Below, piece after piece: positions 7,999 to 19,680 of a stretch of DNA of 64,000 nucleotides. Where the stretch lies: positions 25,363-89,362 of the forward strand of contig CAVUWU010000004.1 of assembly GCA_963745245.1 (NCBI GenBank), in the 5' to 3' direction. The stretch is from an uncultured Actinomycetota bacterium (GTDB taxonomy: Bacteria > Actinomycetota > Actinomycetes > Propionibacteriales > Nocardioidaceae). The notes under the pieces are model-generated. The model saw nothing but the letters and a program-made list of their open reading frames with translations. It searched no databases and had not been told where the DNA came from. Every line of letters begins with the position of its first letter. Position 1 is the stretch's first letter. A program made the translations under genes and the position numbers.

Positions 7999-9466
7999 GC
8001 TTCCGCCCCCCTCCCTGACCGTGCGGCTCGTCGTCACGGCGGTCGCCCTCGTCGCGCTGGTCAGCGTGCTCATCGCCGTGGCCACCACACTGGCGGTGCG
8101 CTCCCATCTCAACGGCCGGCTCGACGACGACGTACGCCGCTCCCACGACCGCGCCGTCCAGGCCGTGCGGCTCGGGATGCCGCGCGCCGCCCTGCCGCGG
8201 CGCGGCCGCCCACCGTTCGGCGAAGCCCGCGGCCAGGACGAGCGCACGGTGACGGCCTACCTCACCGCCGACGTGCGAAGCGGCTTCCTGCTCACCCCCG
8301 AAGGCGGCCGCACGGCGCTGTCCGGCACGGTGCTCGATGAGCTTGAGGCGGTCCCGGCCGACGGCAGCCCGCACCCCGTCGATCTGGACGCACTGGGGGG
8401 CTATCGCGCGGTCGCGCGGCAGGTGGGCGAGGTCACCGTGGTCACCGGGCTGCCGACCGAGGCGGTGGCCGCCACGGTGGGCAGCCTCGTCGGCGCCGAG
8501 GTCCTCTTCACCTCCTTCGGGCTGGTGGCGGCCGGCGCCTGGGCGTGGGTGGCGGTGCGCCGCCAGCTCCGACCGCTGCGCGACGTGGCCCGCACCGCCC
8601 ACGAGGTGGCGGCGCTCCCGCTGGCCGAGGGTGCGGTCGGGGTGACCCGGCGGGTGCCGGTGGGCCTGACCGACGAGCGCACCGAGGTGGGCCAGGTGGG
8701 CTCGGCGCTCAACGGCCTGCTGGGTCACATGGAGCAGGCTCTGGACGAGCGGCACCGCAGCGAGCAGCAGGTTCGCCGGTTCGTGGCGGACGCCTCGCAC
8801 GAGCTGCGCACCCCGCTGGCGACGATCCAGGGGTACGCCGAGCTCAGCCGCCGACTGCCCGAACCGCGGCCCGCCGCCGCGATGGCCGAGGCCCTCGGCA
8901 AGGTCGAGAGGGAGGCGGCGCGGATGTCCTCGCTGGTCGAGGACCTGTTGCTGCTGGCCCGGCTGGACGCGGGGAGGCCGCTCGCCCGGGAGGAGGTGGA
9001 CCTGAGCCGGCTCGTCGTGGAGTCCACCGCCGATGCCCGAGTGGTGGCTCCCGACCACGGCTGGACCCTGGAGCTCACCCAGGAGCCGGTGGTCGTGATC
9101 GGGGACGAGCAGCGCCTGCGTCAAGTCGTCACGAACCTGGTCGGCAACGCGGGACGGCACACCCCGCCGGGCACCACGGTCACGGTGGGCGTGCACGCCG
9201 ACGAGCGGCAGGCGACGGTGACGGTTCGCGACGACGGCCCGGGGCTGCCCGAGGACCTCGCCGGCACCGTCTTCGAGCGCTTCAGCAGGGGCGACACCGC
9301 CCGGACCCGGGACTCCGGCGGGTCCGGGCTGGGCCTGTCGATCGCCCGCGCGATCAGCGCCGCCCACGGAGGGGAGCTGAGCGTGGACTCCACACCGGGG
9401 GCGACCACGTTCGCCCTCACCCTGCCTGCCGCCGGGCCGGCCACCGGGCCTGCGCCGTACAGCTGA
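7991..9466 (+). CDS. sensor histidine kinase (TM-HAMP-HisKA-HATPase)
   Basis: N-terminal TM helix, H-box FVADASHELRTPLATIQGYAEL, N/G boxes (NLVGNAGRHTP, DDGPGLP, GGSGLGLSI). The GTG start overlaps the end of the response-regulator gene. Confidence 0.9.
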   Translation: MARLPPPSLTVRLVVTAVALVALVSVLIAVATTLAVRSHLNGRLDDDVRRSHDRAVQAVRLGMPRAALPRRGRPPFGEARGQDERTVTAYLTADVRSGFLLTPEGGRTALSGTVLDELEAVPADGSPHPVDLDALGGYRAVARQVGEVTVVTGLPTEAVAATVGSLVGAEVLFTSFGLVAAGAWAWVAVRRQLRPLRDVARTAHEVAALPLAEGAVGVTRRVPVGLTDERTEVGQVGSALNGLLGHMEQALDERHRSEQQVRRFVADASHELRTPLATIQGYAELSRRLPEPRPAAAMAEALGKVEREAARMSSLVEDLLLLARLDAGRPLAREEVDLSRLVVESTADARVVAPDHGWTLELTQEPVVVIGDEQRLRQVVTNLVGNAGRHTPPGTTVTVGVHADERQATVTVRDDGPGLPEDLAGTVFERFSRGDTARTRDSGGSGLGLSIARAISAAHGGELSVDSTPGATTFALTLPAAGPATGPAPYS

Positions 9467-9531
9467 CTCCGGGACGTCCCTCAAGACGCAGGCCTCCTCG
9501 GTCGATATGCAAGGAAGACGGGAGGAGATCC

Positions 9532-10484
9532 ATGGGCGGAGGCGGGGCCTCGAGGGGGTTCTACCGCAGCGTCATCGACACGATGAGCGATGGCGTCTAC
9601 TTCGTGGATCGGTCCCGGCGGATCACCTTCTGGAGCCGTGGCGCCGAGCGTCTGACCGGGTTCGCCGCCGCCGACGTCGTCGGCCGCCGCTGCACGGACG
9701 GCATTCTCAACCACGTCGACGAGCACGGCGAGGAGCTATGCGGTGCTCGCTGCCCGCTCAAGGCGGCGATGCTCGAGGGGCGCGAGCGCGAGACCCACAT
9801 CTACATGCACCACCGAGACGGGCACCGCCAGCCGGTCTGGGTCCGCGCGTCCCCGCTGCCCGATGAGGATGGCGCCGTGGTGGGTGCCGTCGAGGTGTTC
9901 AGCGACGACACGGAGGTGGCGGCCGCGCGTGCGCGGTTGGCCGAGATGGAGACCCTCTCCGTGCAGGACCCGCTGACCGGGGTCGGCAACCGACGCTTCG
10001 TGGAGACCCAGCTGGACTCCCGGCTCGGCGAGTGGCGTCGGGACGGGTCCCGCTTCGGCCTTCTCTTCGTCGACATCGACCGCTTCAAGGCCGTCAACGA
10101 CGACCTGGGCCATGACGCGGGCGACCAGGTGCTGGCCGTCGTCGCGCGCACGCTCCGCTTCAACCTCCGAGGCTCCGACACGGTGGGCCGCTTCGGGGGC
10201 GAGGAGTTCGTCGTCATCCTGCCCCATGCGACGCCGGAGAGCATGGTCGCCACCGCCGAGAGGCTGCGTGCGCTGGTGGAGAGCTCGCGACCGCTGGTGA
10301 GGGGCCAGGCCATCGCGATCACCGTCAGCATCGGCGGAACGCTCGTCGCCGAGGGCGACACCAGGGCCGAGGTGATCGGCCGCGCCGACGAGATGATGTA
10401 CGCCGCGAAGCGTGATGGGCGAAACCGGGTCCGGATCGGCGTGCCGAGGGGGCGCGGGGCGATCCCTTCCTCAGTCCACCCGTC

Positions 10485-10488
<4 letters not shown>
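9532..10488 (+). CDS. PAS-domain diguanylate cyclase (GGDEF)
   Basis: C-terminal 318 aa of ORF 8545..10488. ATG 9532 is preceded by GGAGGAG. PAS region: YRSVIDTMSDGVYFVDRSRRITFWS. GGEEF active site with an RGSD I-site 5 residues upstream. The upstream part of the ORF overlaps the kinase gene out of frame and is Arg/Gly/Pro junk. Confidence 0.9.
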
Positions 10489-13067
<2,579 letters not shown>

Positions 13068-13074
13068 GGAGCGG

Positions 13075-13737
13075 CTACTCGCCGGCCTCGCCCGAGAGCC
13101 GCGGCAGATCCAGGATCGCGAACTTGCCCCGGCCCAGGCGCAGCATGCCTTGTTCGGCGAACTCGTTGAGGACCTTCGTCGTGGTCTCGCGGGAGGTGCC
13201 GGCCAGCGCCGCGACCTGCTCGTGGGTGAGCGACACCTGAAGTCCGCGACTCAGCGGCCGGCGCTGCTGCTCCTGGGCGAGCAGGCACAGCGTGGTGGCC
13301 ACGCGCTGGGGGACGCTCTTGAACACGGTGTCGGAGAGTCGTCGCTCGAGCTGGGAGACGCGGTGGCCGAGGATCTCCGAGATGCGGGCGGAGATGCGGG
13401 CATCGGACATCAGGAACCGCTGGACGTCGTGGCGGTTCAGCACACAGACGACCACCCGGTCGAGTGCCTCGGCGAAGTTGTCGTGCATCTGCTGGCCGAG
13501 CAGCAGCATCTCGCCGAAGATCGTGCCGGGTGTGACGATGGCCGTCGTCAGCGCGCGGCCGTCGCTGGAGACCCGGAAGATCCGGACCCGGCCCTGCTTG
13601 AGGATGAACAGCGTCTCGGTGGGCTCGGGTGGGGAGTAGAGCAGCTCTCCCGGCGCGAACTGGCGCATCGGCGCGGCAGCCGCGATCGCCTCCATCTCGG
13701 TGTCGTTGAGGTCGGCGAAGATGTCGACCTCCGACAT
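13075..13737 (-). CDS. Crp/Fnr-family transcriptional regulator
   Basis: Lies in ORF 13075..14106(-). ATG 13737 gives MSEVDIFADLNDTEMEAIAAAAPMRQFAPGELLY.. (cNMP-binding fold, GEMLLLG) and the HTH LTHEQVAALAGTSRETTTKVLNEF. An upstream ATG at 13938 cannot be excluded. Confidence 0.85.
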   Translation of the reverse strand: MSEVDIFADLNDTEMEAIAAAAPMRQFAPGELLYSPPEPTETLFILKQGRVRIFRVSSDGRALTTAIVTPGTIFGEMLLLGQQMHDNFAEALDRVVVCVLNRHDVQRFLMSDARISARISEILGHRVSQLERRLSDTVFKSVPQRVATTLCLLAQEQQRRPLSRGLQVSLTHEQVAALAGTSRETTTKVLNEFAEQGMLRLGRGKFAILDLPRLSGEAGE

Positions 13738-13946
13738 GCACCAGGGTTCGCTGCTCGCCCTCTGCTGGCGCTCCACGTCCTCCACCTCCTCCCGCGGTCC
13801 GGGCGCCCAGGGCGCCGTCCCACCCGTGCGCGGCACCCCCATGCCTCCCACCAGACAGTACGCCGCGGGGCTCGGCGCAGGCTCGTCTCGCAGGAGCTGG
13901 TGGCCCGCCACCAGGCGAGCCACCCTCGTGTCCCACATGGCGCGGG

Positions 13947-14393
13947 TCAGCTGTGTTCGCGGCGGGCGAGCTGGGAGTACGCGATGCCGAGGATCAGCCC
14001 GAACATCAGGTGACCGGCCAGGCTCTGCCACGCGGTCGTGTTGAGGTTGAACACGGGCATGCCGAGCTGCGCCGGCATGGCGATGAGCGCGCCGAGCACC
14101 CACCACCCGACGCCGTAGCCCATGCCGACCAGCGCGGCGGGGAGGACTTCCTTGGCGAAGGAGCCGAGCAGGACGGCGAACGAGGCGCCGATGAAGGCCG
14201 AGATCGCGAGGTGCAGGAGCCAGCCGACGACCACCGCGTCGCTGCCGACGAGCTGGGCGACCATCTCGATCATGCCCATCGTCTGCATGAGGAGCCCGAA
14301 GGCGACGCCTCCGGCGATGCCGCCGATCGCGCCCAGCAGGGCTCGGTGGGTGGTGGTCGCGAGGACGTTGGAGTGGGCGGTGGTGGTGGACAT
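13947..14393 (-). CDS. small integral membrane protein (about 4 TM), function unknown
   Basis: Lies in ORF 13947..14468(-). ATG 14393 is preceded by GGAGG. Gly/Ala-rich helices: LLGAIGGIAGGVAFGLLM, VVVGWLLHLAISAFIGASFAVLLG, and others. Same strand as, and downstream of, ccdA. Confidence 0.65.
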   Translation of the reverse strand: MSTTTAHSNVLATTTHRALLGAIGGIAGGVAFGLLMQTMGMIEMVAQLVGSDAVVVGWLLHLAISAFIGASFAVLLGSFAKEVLPAALVGMGYGVGWWVLGALIAMPAQLGMPVFNLNTTAWQSLAGHLMFGLILGIAYSQLARREHS

Positions 14394-14484
14394 CGCAGGA
14401 CCTCCTGGAGCGGGGTGGTGCTGTGACGCTAGGAGCACGCGGTCGCCGACTTCGGTGACCCCGCTCACACAGCGGCCGATTGGC

Positions 14485-15330
14485 TCAGCGACGGCGGCGC
14501 GCGGCCAGGATCAGCGCGAGGGCCAACGCGGCGGCGAGCGCACCGGTGACGAGCAGCACCACGGTGGGACCGATGGAGGCGACCGCGTTCGCCAGGGATC
14601 GCTGCACCGCGGCGGCGGCCTCGATGACCGGGTCGTCGGTGGCGTCGCCGCGCAGGACACGGATCTCCCACCAGCCGTAGTAGGCGACGTAGGCGCCGAC
14701 GACGAGGAGCAGCACGCCGGCGATCGTCGGCACCCAGCGCCCCAGGCTCCGGGCACCGCGCACCAGGGACTGCTGCGCCAGGGCCACGGCGACGGCGGCG
14801 GTGCCCACGACGAACCCCATGCCGGCGGCGTACAGCACGAAGAGGCCGAGCCCCTCCACCGTCGACCCGGACCGGAACGCCGAGACGACGACGGCCAGGA
14901 AGGGGGCGATCGTGCAGGTGAGACTGGCGGTGGCGTAGGAGACCCCGAAGCCGAGCATCGAACGCATCGATCCGGTGACGGGCGCTCCGCCGCCCCTGCG
15001 TGGCTTGGCGCCGGGCAGGCTCCGCCCGGCCAGTAGCCACCCCCCTGCCGCGAGGAGCAGCAGGCCGATCACCACCGTGGCCCACGGCAGGTAGCGCTGG
15101 GCCGAGGAGGCCAGCGGGGCCACGACGAAGCCGAAGGCGGCAAACACCAGGAGAAACCCCGCGGTCATCGCCGCGGTCATCCGCAGCGCCCGGAGGACGG
15201 CGACGAGCCGGGTGGGCTGGTCTCCGGTCACCAGCAGGGACAGGTAGGCCGGGAGGAGCGCGAAGCCGCACGGGTTGAGCGCGGCGAGCATGCCCGCGCC
15301 CAGGGCGAGGGCCGCGGCGCCATCGACCAT
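14485..15330 (-). CDS. ccdA: cytochrome c biogenesis protein CcdA / DsbD-family thiol-disulfide electron transporter
   Basis: 281-aa polytopic ORF with the two conserved membrane Cys contexts, LNPCGFALLP and SLTCTIAPF. Confidence 0.85.
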   Translation of the reverse strand: MVDGAAALALGAGMLAALNPCGFALLPAYLSLLVTGDQPTRLVAVLRALRMTAAMTAGFLLVFAAFGFVVAPLASSAQRYLPWATVVIGLLLLAAGGWLLAGRSLPGAKPRRGGGAPVTGSMRSMLGFGVSYATASLTCTIAPFLAVVVSAFRSGSTVEGLGLFVLYAAGMGFVVGTAAVAVALAQQSLVRGARSLGRWVPTIAGVLLLVVGAYVAYYGWWEIRVLRGDATDDPVIEAAAAVQRSLANAVASIGPTVVLLVTGALAAALALALILAARRRR

Positions 15331-15384
15331 CTCAGGTCACCCGCGCGGGACTATTCACCGAACACCCTTGGTGGGCTCTCGTGT

Positions 15385-15882
15385 TCAGTCGACGAGCCCG
15401 GCGACCGTCTCGGCGAGCACGGGGTCGTCGAGATAGCCCTCGGTGACCACGCCCCCGTCGGCGTCGAGGACCAGGTAGGTGCTCTGCGCGGTGACGCCGA
15501 AGTGCCGCCACACCTCACCCGCCTCGTCGACCAGGTGGGTGGGCCCGTCGACCTGCTCGGCGAAGTCGCGGATGTCGACGGCGTCGGCGAGTCCGCCCAC
15601 GCCGACAACGGCGACGCTGTCGTCGTACTCCTGCGCGAGCGTGCTGACCGCGGGGGCCTGGGCGCGGCAGGTGGGGCACCAGGGCGCCCAGAACCACAGC
15701 ACGGCCGGCTTCCCCTCGAGGGTCGTTCCGTCGAACGTGGCACCGCTCAGCGTCTCCGCGGTGAACGCGAGGTCGGTTGTGCCGTGGGCCGCAGACGCGT
15801 CGCTGCTGGAGGAGTCTGTCGAGCCGCACCCGCTCGCGCCGAGAAGGGCGCCGACGGCCAGCGTGGCAACCGTGCGTCTCAT
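15385..15882 (-). CDS. TlpA/ResA-like thioredoxin-fold lipoprotein
   Basis: C-terminal 165 aa of ORF 15385..16353(-). ATG 15882 is preceded by GAGGAGG. Lipobox LLGASGC; redox motif WFWAPWCPTC. Confidence 0.85.
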   Translation of the reverse strand: MRRTVATLAVGALLGASGCGSTDSSSSDASAAHGTTDLAFTAETLSGATFDGTTLEGKPAVLWFWAPWCPTCRAQAPAVSTLAQEYDDSVAVVGVGGLADAVDIRDFAEQVDGPTHLVDEAGEVWRHFGVTAQSTYLVLDADGGVVTEGYLDDPVLAETVAGLVD

Positions 15883-16024
15883 GGGTCTCCTCCTCGAGGC
15901 GTGACCCGGGTCCCTCCCGCACACCTCGCCATCAGTCTGCTCACCATCCCACGCGCGTTCGGTGAGCGCGCTCACAGAAGGACCGGGTGAGACCACGGAT
16001 GCTGGGGCCGAGGAGGTTCCGCCC

Positions 16025-17230
16025 ATGACTCGTCGCGCCACCCGGTCGCGGGCCACCGGGTCGCTCGCCGCTCTGGCGGGGATGGTCGTGCTCAGCGCCT
16101 GCTCCGGGCACGCCGCACCCGGCGCCCCGGCCGATGCCGGCAGCGTCCCGCCGGGCCGGGAGGCCTCGGACGAGGGTCCCTCCGCGCTCGAGGGCCGTTT
16201 CGACGACCGGCTGCCCGAGCCGTTGGTCGACCCCGAAGACGTCCGTTCCGGCGGGCCGCCGCCGGACGGCATCCCCCCGATCGACGAGCCCTCCTTCGAG
16301 GCGGCTGAAGCGGTGACGTGGCTGGAGCCGGACGAGGCGGTGCTCTCGCTCACCGTCGAGGGGGAGACCCGGGCCTACCCGCTGCGGATCATGACCTGGC
16401 ACGAGATCGTCAACGACACGGTGGCCGGGGTGCCGGTCGCGGTGACCTACTGCCCGCTGTGCAACTCCGGCGTCGCGTTCGTGCGCAAGGCCGGCGGCCG
16501 GGTCCTGACCTTCGGCACCTCCGGGATGCTGTACGCCGACAACCTGGTGATGTATGACCGGCAGACCGAGTCGCTGTGGCCGCAGCTGACGGGCGAGGCC
16601 GCCATCGGCGTGCTGACCGGGCAGCGGCTCGACGCGATCCCGATGGGGACGGTGGCCTGGAGCGACTTCCGGGAGGGCCATCCCGAGAGCCTCGTGCTGT
16701 CCCAGGACACCGGCTTCGACCGGCGCTACGGAGCCAACCCCTATGTGGGCTACGACAACCCGAACGGAGGCCTGCTCTTCGGGCTCCCCGACGACCCCGA
16801 CCAGCGGTTGCCGATCAAGCAGCGGGTGATCGGGCTGGCCGCGGGCTCGGCCAGCGTGGCGGTCGTGCGGGTGGGACTCGAGGGTCGCGGCCCCCTCGAC
16901 GTGCGGGTCGGGCGAGGCGTGCTCACCCTCTGGCACCTGCCGGGCCAACGCTCCGCGCTCGACGCGCCCGACATCGCCGACGGCGACGACATCGGGACGG
17001 TGAGGGTGTTCGACCCGGTGGTCGAGGGGCGCCGGCTGCATTTCACCCGCCGGGACCGCCTCTTCCGCGACGAGGAGACCGGCAGCCTGTGGAACATCCT
17101 GGGGCGCTCGGTGCGGGGTCCCTTGAAGGGGAGCGTCCTATCCCCCGCAGAGCACCTCGACACCTTCTGGTTCGCCTGGGCGACCTTCCACCCCGACACC
17201 ACGCTCGTCGACCCGCGGCCGGACTCCTGA
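16025..17230 (+). CDS. DUF3179-domain lipoprotein
   Basis: Lies in ORF 15962..17230. ATG 16025 gives [26 protein letters not shown] (lipobox). Family-typical blocks: [43 protein letters not shown]. Confidence 0.85.
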   Translation: MTRRATRSRATGSLAALAGMVVLSACSGHAAPGAPADAGSVPPGREASDEGPSALEGRFDDRLPEPLVDPEDVRSGGPPPDGIPPIDEPSFEAAEAVTWLEPDEAVLSLTVEGETRAYPLRIMTWHEIVNDTVAGVPVAVTYCPLCNSGVAFVRKAGGRVLTFGTSGMLYADNLVMYDRQTESLWPQLTGEAAIGVLTGQRLDAIPMGTVAWSDFREGHPESLVLSQDTGFDRRYGANPYVGYDNPNGGLLFGLPDDPDQRLPIKQRVIGLAAGSASVAVVRVGLEGRGPLDVRVGRGVLTLWHLPGQRSALDAPDIADGDDIGTVRVFDPVVEGRRLHFTRRDRLFRDEETGSLWNILGRSVRGPLKGSVLSPAEHLDTFWFAWATFHPDTTLVDPRPDS

Positions 17231-17421
17231 CCCGCCGGGGGCGCCACCGGGGGTCTGAACCCCTCGGGGGCGGTCCGGTCCGGACACCCGGTGGTCGGGT
17301 CGGGGAACTTCGGCCCTTGGCAACCCGAGCGCGAGGCGCCCAGGATGGCCTGAGGCACCGCCGCGCCGCCGCCGGACTCCGGGCGCGGCGAAGCGTGGAG
17401 CCCCGAGGTCCGGAGGATGCC

Positions 17422-18546
17422 ATGGCACGCACGGGAAGCACGCGGGTGCTGGTCGGGACCCGCAAGGGCGGTTTCGTCCTCACCTCCGACGAGCGGCGCA
17501 GGGACTGGACGGTCACCGGTCCGCTCTTCGCGGGGTGGGAGATCTACCACATGAAAGGGTCCCCGCTGAACCCAAACCGGATCTACGCGTCGCAGAGCAG
17601 CGCCTGGTTCGGTCAGGTGGTGCACCGCTCCGACGACGGCGGCGCCACCTGGGACCCGGTCGGCAATCACTTCGCCTACGACGGTGTGCCCGGGGAGCAC
17701 CAGTGGTACGACGGATCGCTGCGCCCCTGGTCGTTCACGCGCGTGTGGCACCTCGAGCCGTCGCTGCACGACCCCGAGACCGTCTTCGCCGGGGTCGAGG
17801 ACGCCGCTTTGTTCACCTCGGTGGACGGCGGGCACACCTGGAGGGAGCTGTCCGGGCTCCGCACGCACGAGACCGGGCCGCAGTGGCAGCCTGGCGCCGG
17901 CGGCATGTGCCTGCACACCATCCTCCAGCACCCGAACGACCCCGACCGCCTCTACGTCGCGATCTCCGCGGCGGGCGTCTTCCGCACCACCGACGGCGGC
18001 ACGACCTGGCAGCCCATCAACAAGGGGCTGCGATCCGGGGAGATCCCCGAGGAGGACTCGGAGGTCGGGCACTGCGTCCACCGCATCGACTTGCACCCCG
18101 ACCGGCCCGAGGTGCTCTACATGCAGAAGCACTGGGACGTGATGCGCAGCGTGGACTCCGGGGACTCCTGGCAGGAGGTGAGCGGGAACCTGCCGAGCGA
18201 CTTCGGCTTCCCGATCGCGGTGCACGCCCACGAGCCGGAGACCGTCTACGTCGTGCCGATCACCAGCGACTCCCAGCACTTCCCCCCCGACGGCCGACTC
18301 CGCGTCTACCGGAGCAGGACCGGTGGCGATACCTGGGAGCCGCTGGAGGCGGGCCTGCCGCAGGAGCACTGCTATGTCGACATCCTCCGCGACGCCATGG
18401 CGGTGGACCGGCACGAGTCGTGCGGGATCTACGTGGGCACCACCGGGGGCCAGGTGTACTGCTCTGCCGACTCCGGCGACAGCTGGGCACCGATCGTCCG
18501 CGACCTGCCGCCCGTGCTGTCGGTCGAGGTCCAGACCCTCCCGTGA
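17422..18546 (+). CDS. BNR/Asp-box repeat beta-propeller protein (sialidase-like fold), no signal peptide
   Basis: C-terminal 374 aa of ORF 16576..18546. ATG 17422 is preceded by GGAGGA. Six Asp-box-like motifs: [48 protein letters not shown]. Confidence 0.85.
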   Translation: MARTGSTRVLVGTRKGGFVLTSDERRRDWTVTGPLFAGWEIYHMKGSPLNPNRIYASQSSAWFGQVVHRSDDGGATWDPVGNHFAYDGVPGEHQWYDGSLRPWSFTRVWHLEPSLHDPETVFAGVEDAALFTSVDGGHTWRELSGLRTHETGPQWQPGAGGMCLHTILQHPNDPDRLYVAISAAGVFRTTDGGTTWQPINKGLRSGEIPEEDSEVGHCVHRIDLHPDRPEVLYMQKHWDVMRSVDSGDSWQEVSGNLPSDFGFPIAVHAHEPETVYVVPITSDSQHFPPDGRLRVYRSRTGGDTWEPLEAGLPQEHCYVDILRDAMAVDRHESCGIYVGTTGGQVYCSADSGDSWAPIVRDLPPVLSVEVQTLP

Positions 18547-18575
18547 GACACTCGAGCACCGAGACGAGAGCACCG

Positions 18576-18878
18576 ATGAGCACCGTGCGGGTGGTTCTGC
18601 CGGCGCACCTGCGAGAGCTGGCCCGCGTGCCCGGTGAGCTCGCCGTCGGGGTGCCCGGGGTGGTCACCCAGCGCTCGGTGCTGGACGCGGTCGAGGCGGA
18701 CTTCCCGATGCTGGGAGGCACGATCCGGGACCGGGCGACGTCTCGCCGCCGGGCCTTCGTCCGCTTCTTCGCCTGCGAGGAGGACCTGTCACACGAGGAC
18801 CCGGATGCGCCGCTGCCCGATCGGGTCGCGCGGGGCGAGGAGCCCTTCATCGTCGTCGGCGCGATGGCCGGCGGGTAG
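18576..18878 (+). CDS. MoaD/ThiS-family (ubiquitin-like beta-grasp) protein ending in Gly-Gly
   Basis: Last 100 codons of ORF 17535..18878. ATG 18576 lies 29 nt after the propeller gene. Third-position G+C is high throughout. Sequence MSTVRVVLPAHLRELA...FIVVGAMAGG with a C-terminal GG. Confidence 0.75.
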   Translation: MSTVRVVLPAHLRELARVPGELAVGVPGVVTQRSVLDAVEADFPMLGGTIRDRATSRRRAFVRFFACEEDLSHEDPDAPLPDRVARGEEPFIVVGAMAGG

Positions 18879-18942
18879 CTCCGGTGGTCGGATCGACTCG
18901 TGGCGGCCGGCTGGCTTTCCGGTCGCGAGGAGGGTGGGCCGG

Positions 18943-19680
18943 GTGCGGGTCGCGCTGATGGTCACCTGCATCAACGATGCGCTGTGCCCGGCGACGGGGA
19001 AGGCCGCCGTGACGGTGCTGCGACGCCTCGGCGTCGAGGTGGAGTTCCCTCCGGACCAGGCGTGCTGCGCTCAGCCGATGGTGAACACCGGATACCTCGA
19101 CGAGGCCGTACCGGTAGTCCGGGCGTGCGTGAGCGCCTTCTCGGCGTACGACGCGATCGTGACTCCCTCGGGCTCCTGCGCGGGGTCCGTGCGTCACCAA
19201 CACCGCCTCGTCGCCCGACGCGCCGGCGACCCGAGGCTGTCCACGCTCGCCGACCGGACCTACGAGCTCAGCGAGTTCCTCGTCGACGTGCTCGGGGTGA
19301 CGGACGTGGGGGCGAGCTTCCCGCACACGGTGGCCTACCACCCGACCTGCCACTCGCTGCGGATGCTGGGCGTGGGGGACCGGCCGCTGCGGCTGCTGCG
19401 CGAGGTCCGCGGCCTCCGGCTGGTGGACTTGCCGGCTGCCGAGGAGTGCTGCGGCTTCGGCGGCACCTTCGCGGTCAAGAACCCCGACACGTCGGTGGCG
19501 ATGGGCTCCGACAAGGCGCGACATGCGGCCCAGAGCGGCGCGGAGGTCCTGGTGGCGGGCGACAACTCGTGCCTGCTGCACATTGGCGGGCTGCTCTCCC
19601 GACAGCGACAGCGGATCCGCGTCTCGCACCTGGCCGAGGTGCTCGCCTCGACCGCGACCGGCCCGGGGGAGGGTGGGTGA
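18943..19680 (+). CDS. lutA: (Fe-S)-binding lactate utilization protein LutA
   Basis: Lies in ORF 18634..19680. GTG 18943 follows GAGGAGGG. Cys-rich CCG motifs: ALMVTCINDALCP, CCAQP, HPTCH, ECCGFGGTF. Confidence 0.85.
   Translation: MRVALMVTCINDALCPATGKAAVTVLRRLGVEVEFPPDQACCAQPMVNTGYLDEAVPVVRACVSAFSAYDAIVTPSGSCAGSVRHQHRLVARRAGDPRLSTLADRTYELSEFLVDVLGVTDVGASFPHTVAYHPTCHSLRMLGVGDRPLRLLREVRGLRLVDLPAAEECCGFGGTFAVKNPDTSVAMGSDKARHAAQSGAEVLVAGDNSCLLHIGGLLSRQRQRIRVSHLAEVLASTATGPGEGG

Noticed and set aside
8545-9531. N-terminal 329 codons of ORF 8545..10488, which would make a 647-aa GGDEF protein
   Set aside because: This part overlaps the histidine-kinase gene in another frame and is Arg/Gly/Pro junk. 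A GGAGGAG RBS and an ATG at 9532 precede the PAS domain.
17359-17390. 9-bp perfect stem CGCCGCGCC / GGCGCGGCG with a 14-nt loop in the 5' region of the propeller gene (possible riboswitch or attenuator)
   Set aside because: A pure G/C stem of this size is expected by chance in this composition. There are no flanking conserved elements or alternative pairings that I could identify by eye.
16576-17421. N-terminal extension of the propeller ORF (16576..18546), and similar extensions of ORFs 18634, 18900, 45634, 46905, 51157, 52320, 53300 and 58325
   Set aside because: The extensions overlap the preceding, well-supported genes out of frame and lack similarity. In each case internal starts with an RBS or a 4-nt stop-start overlap give family-typical N-termini.
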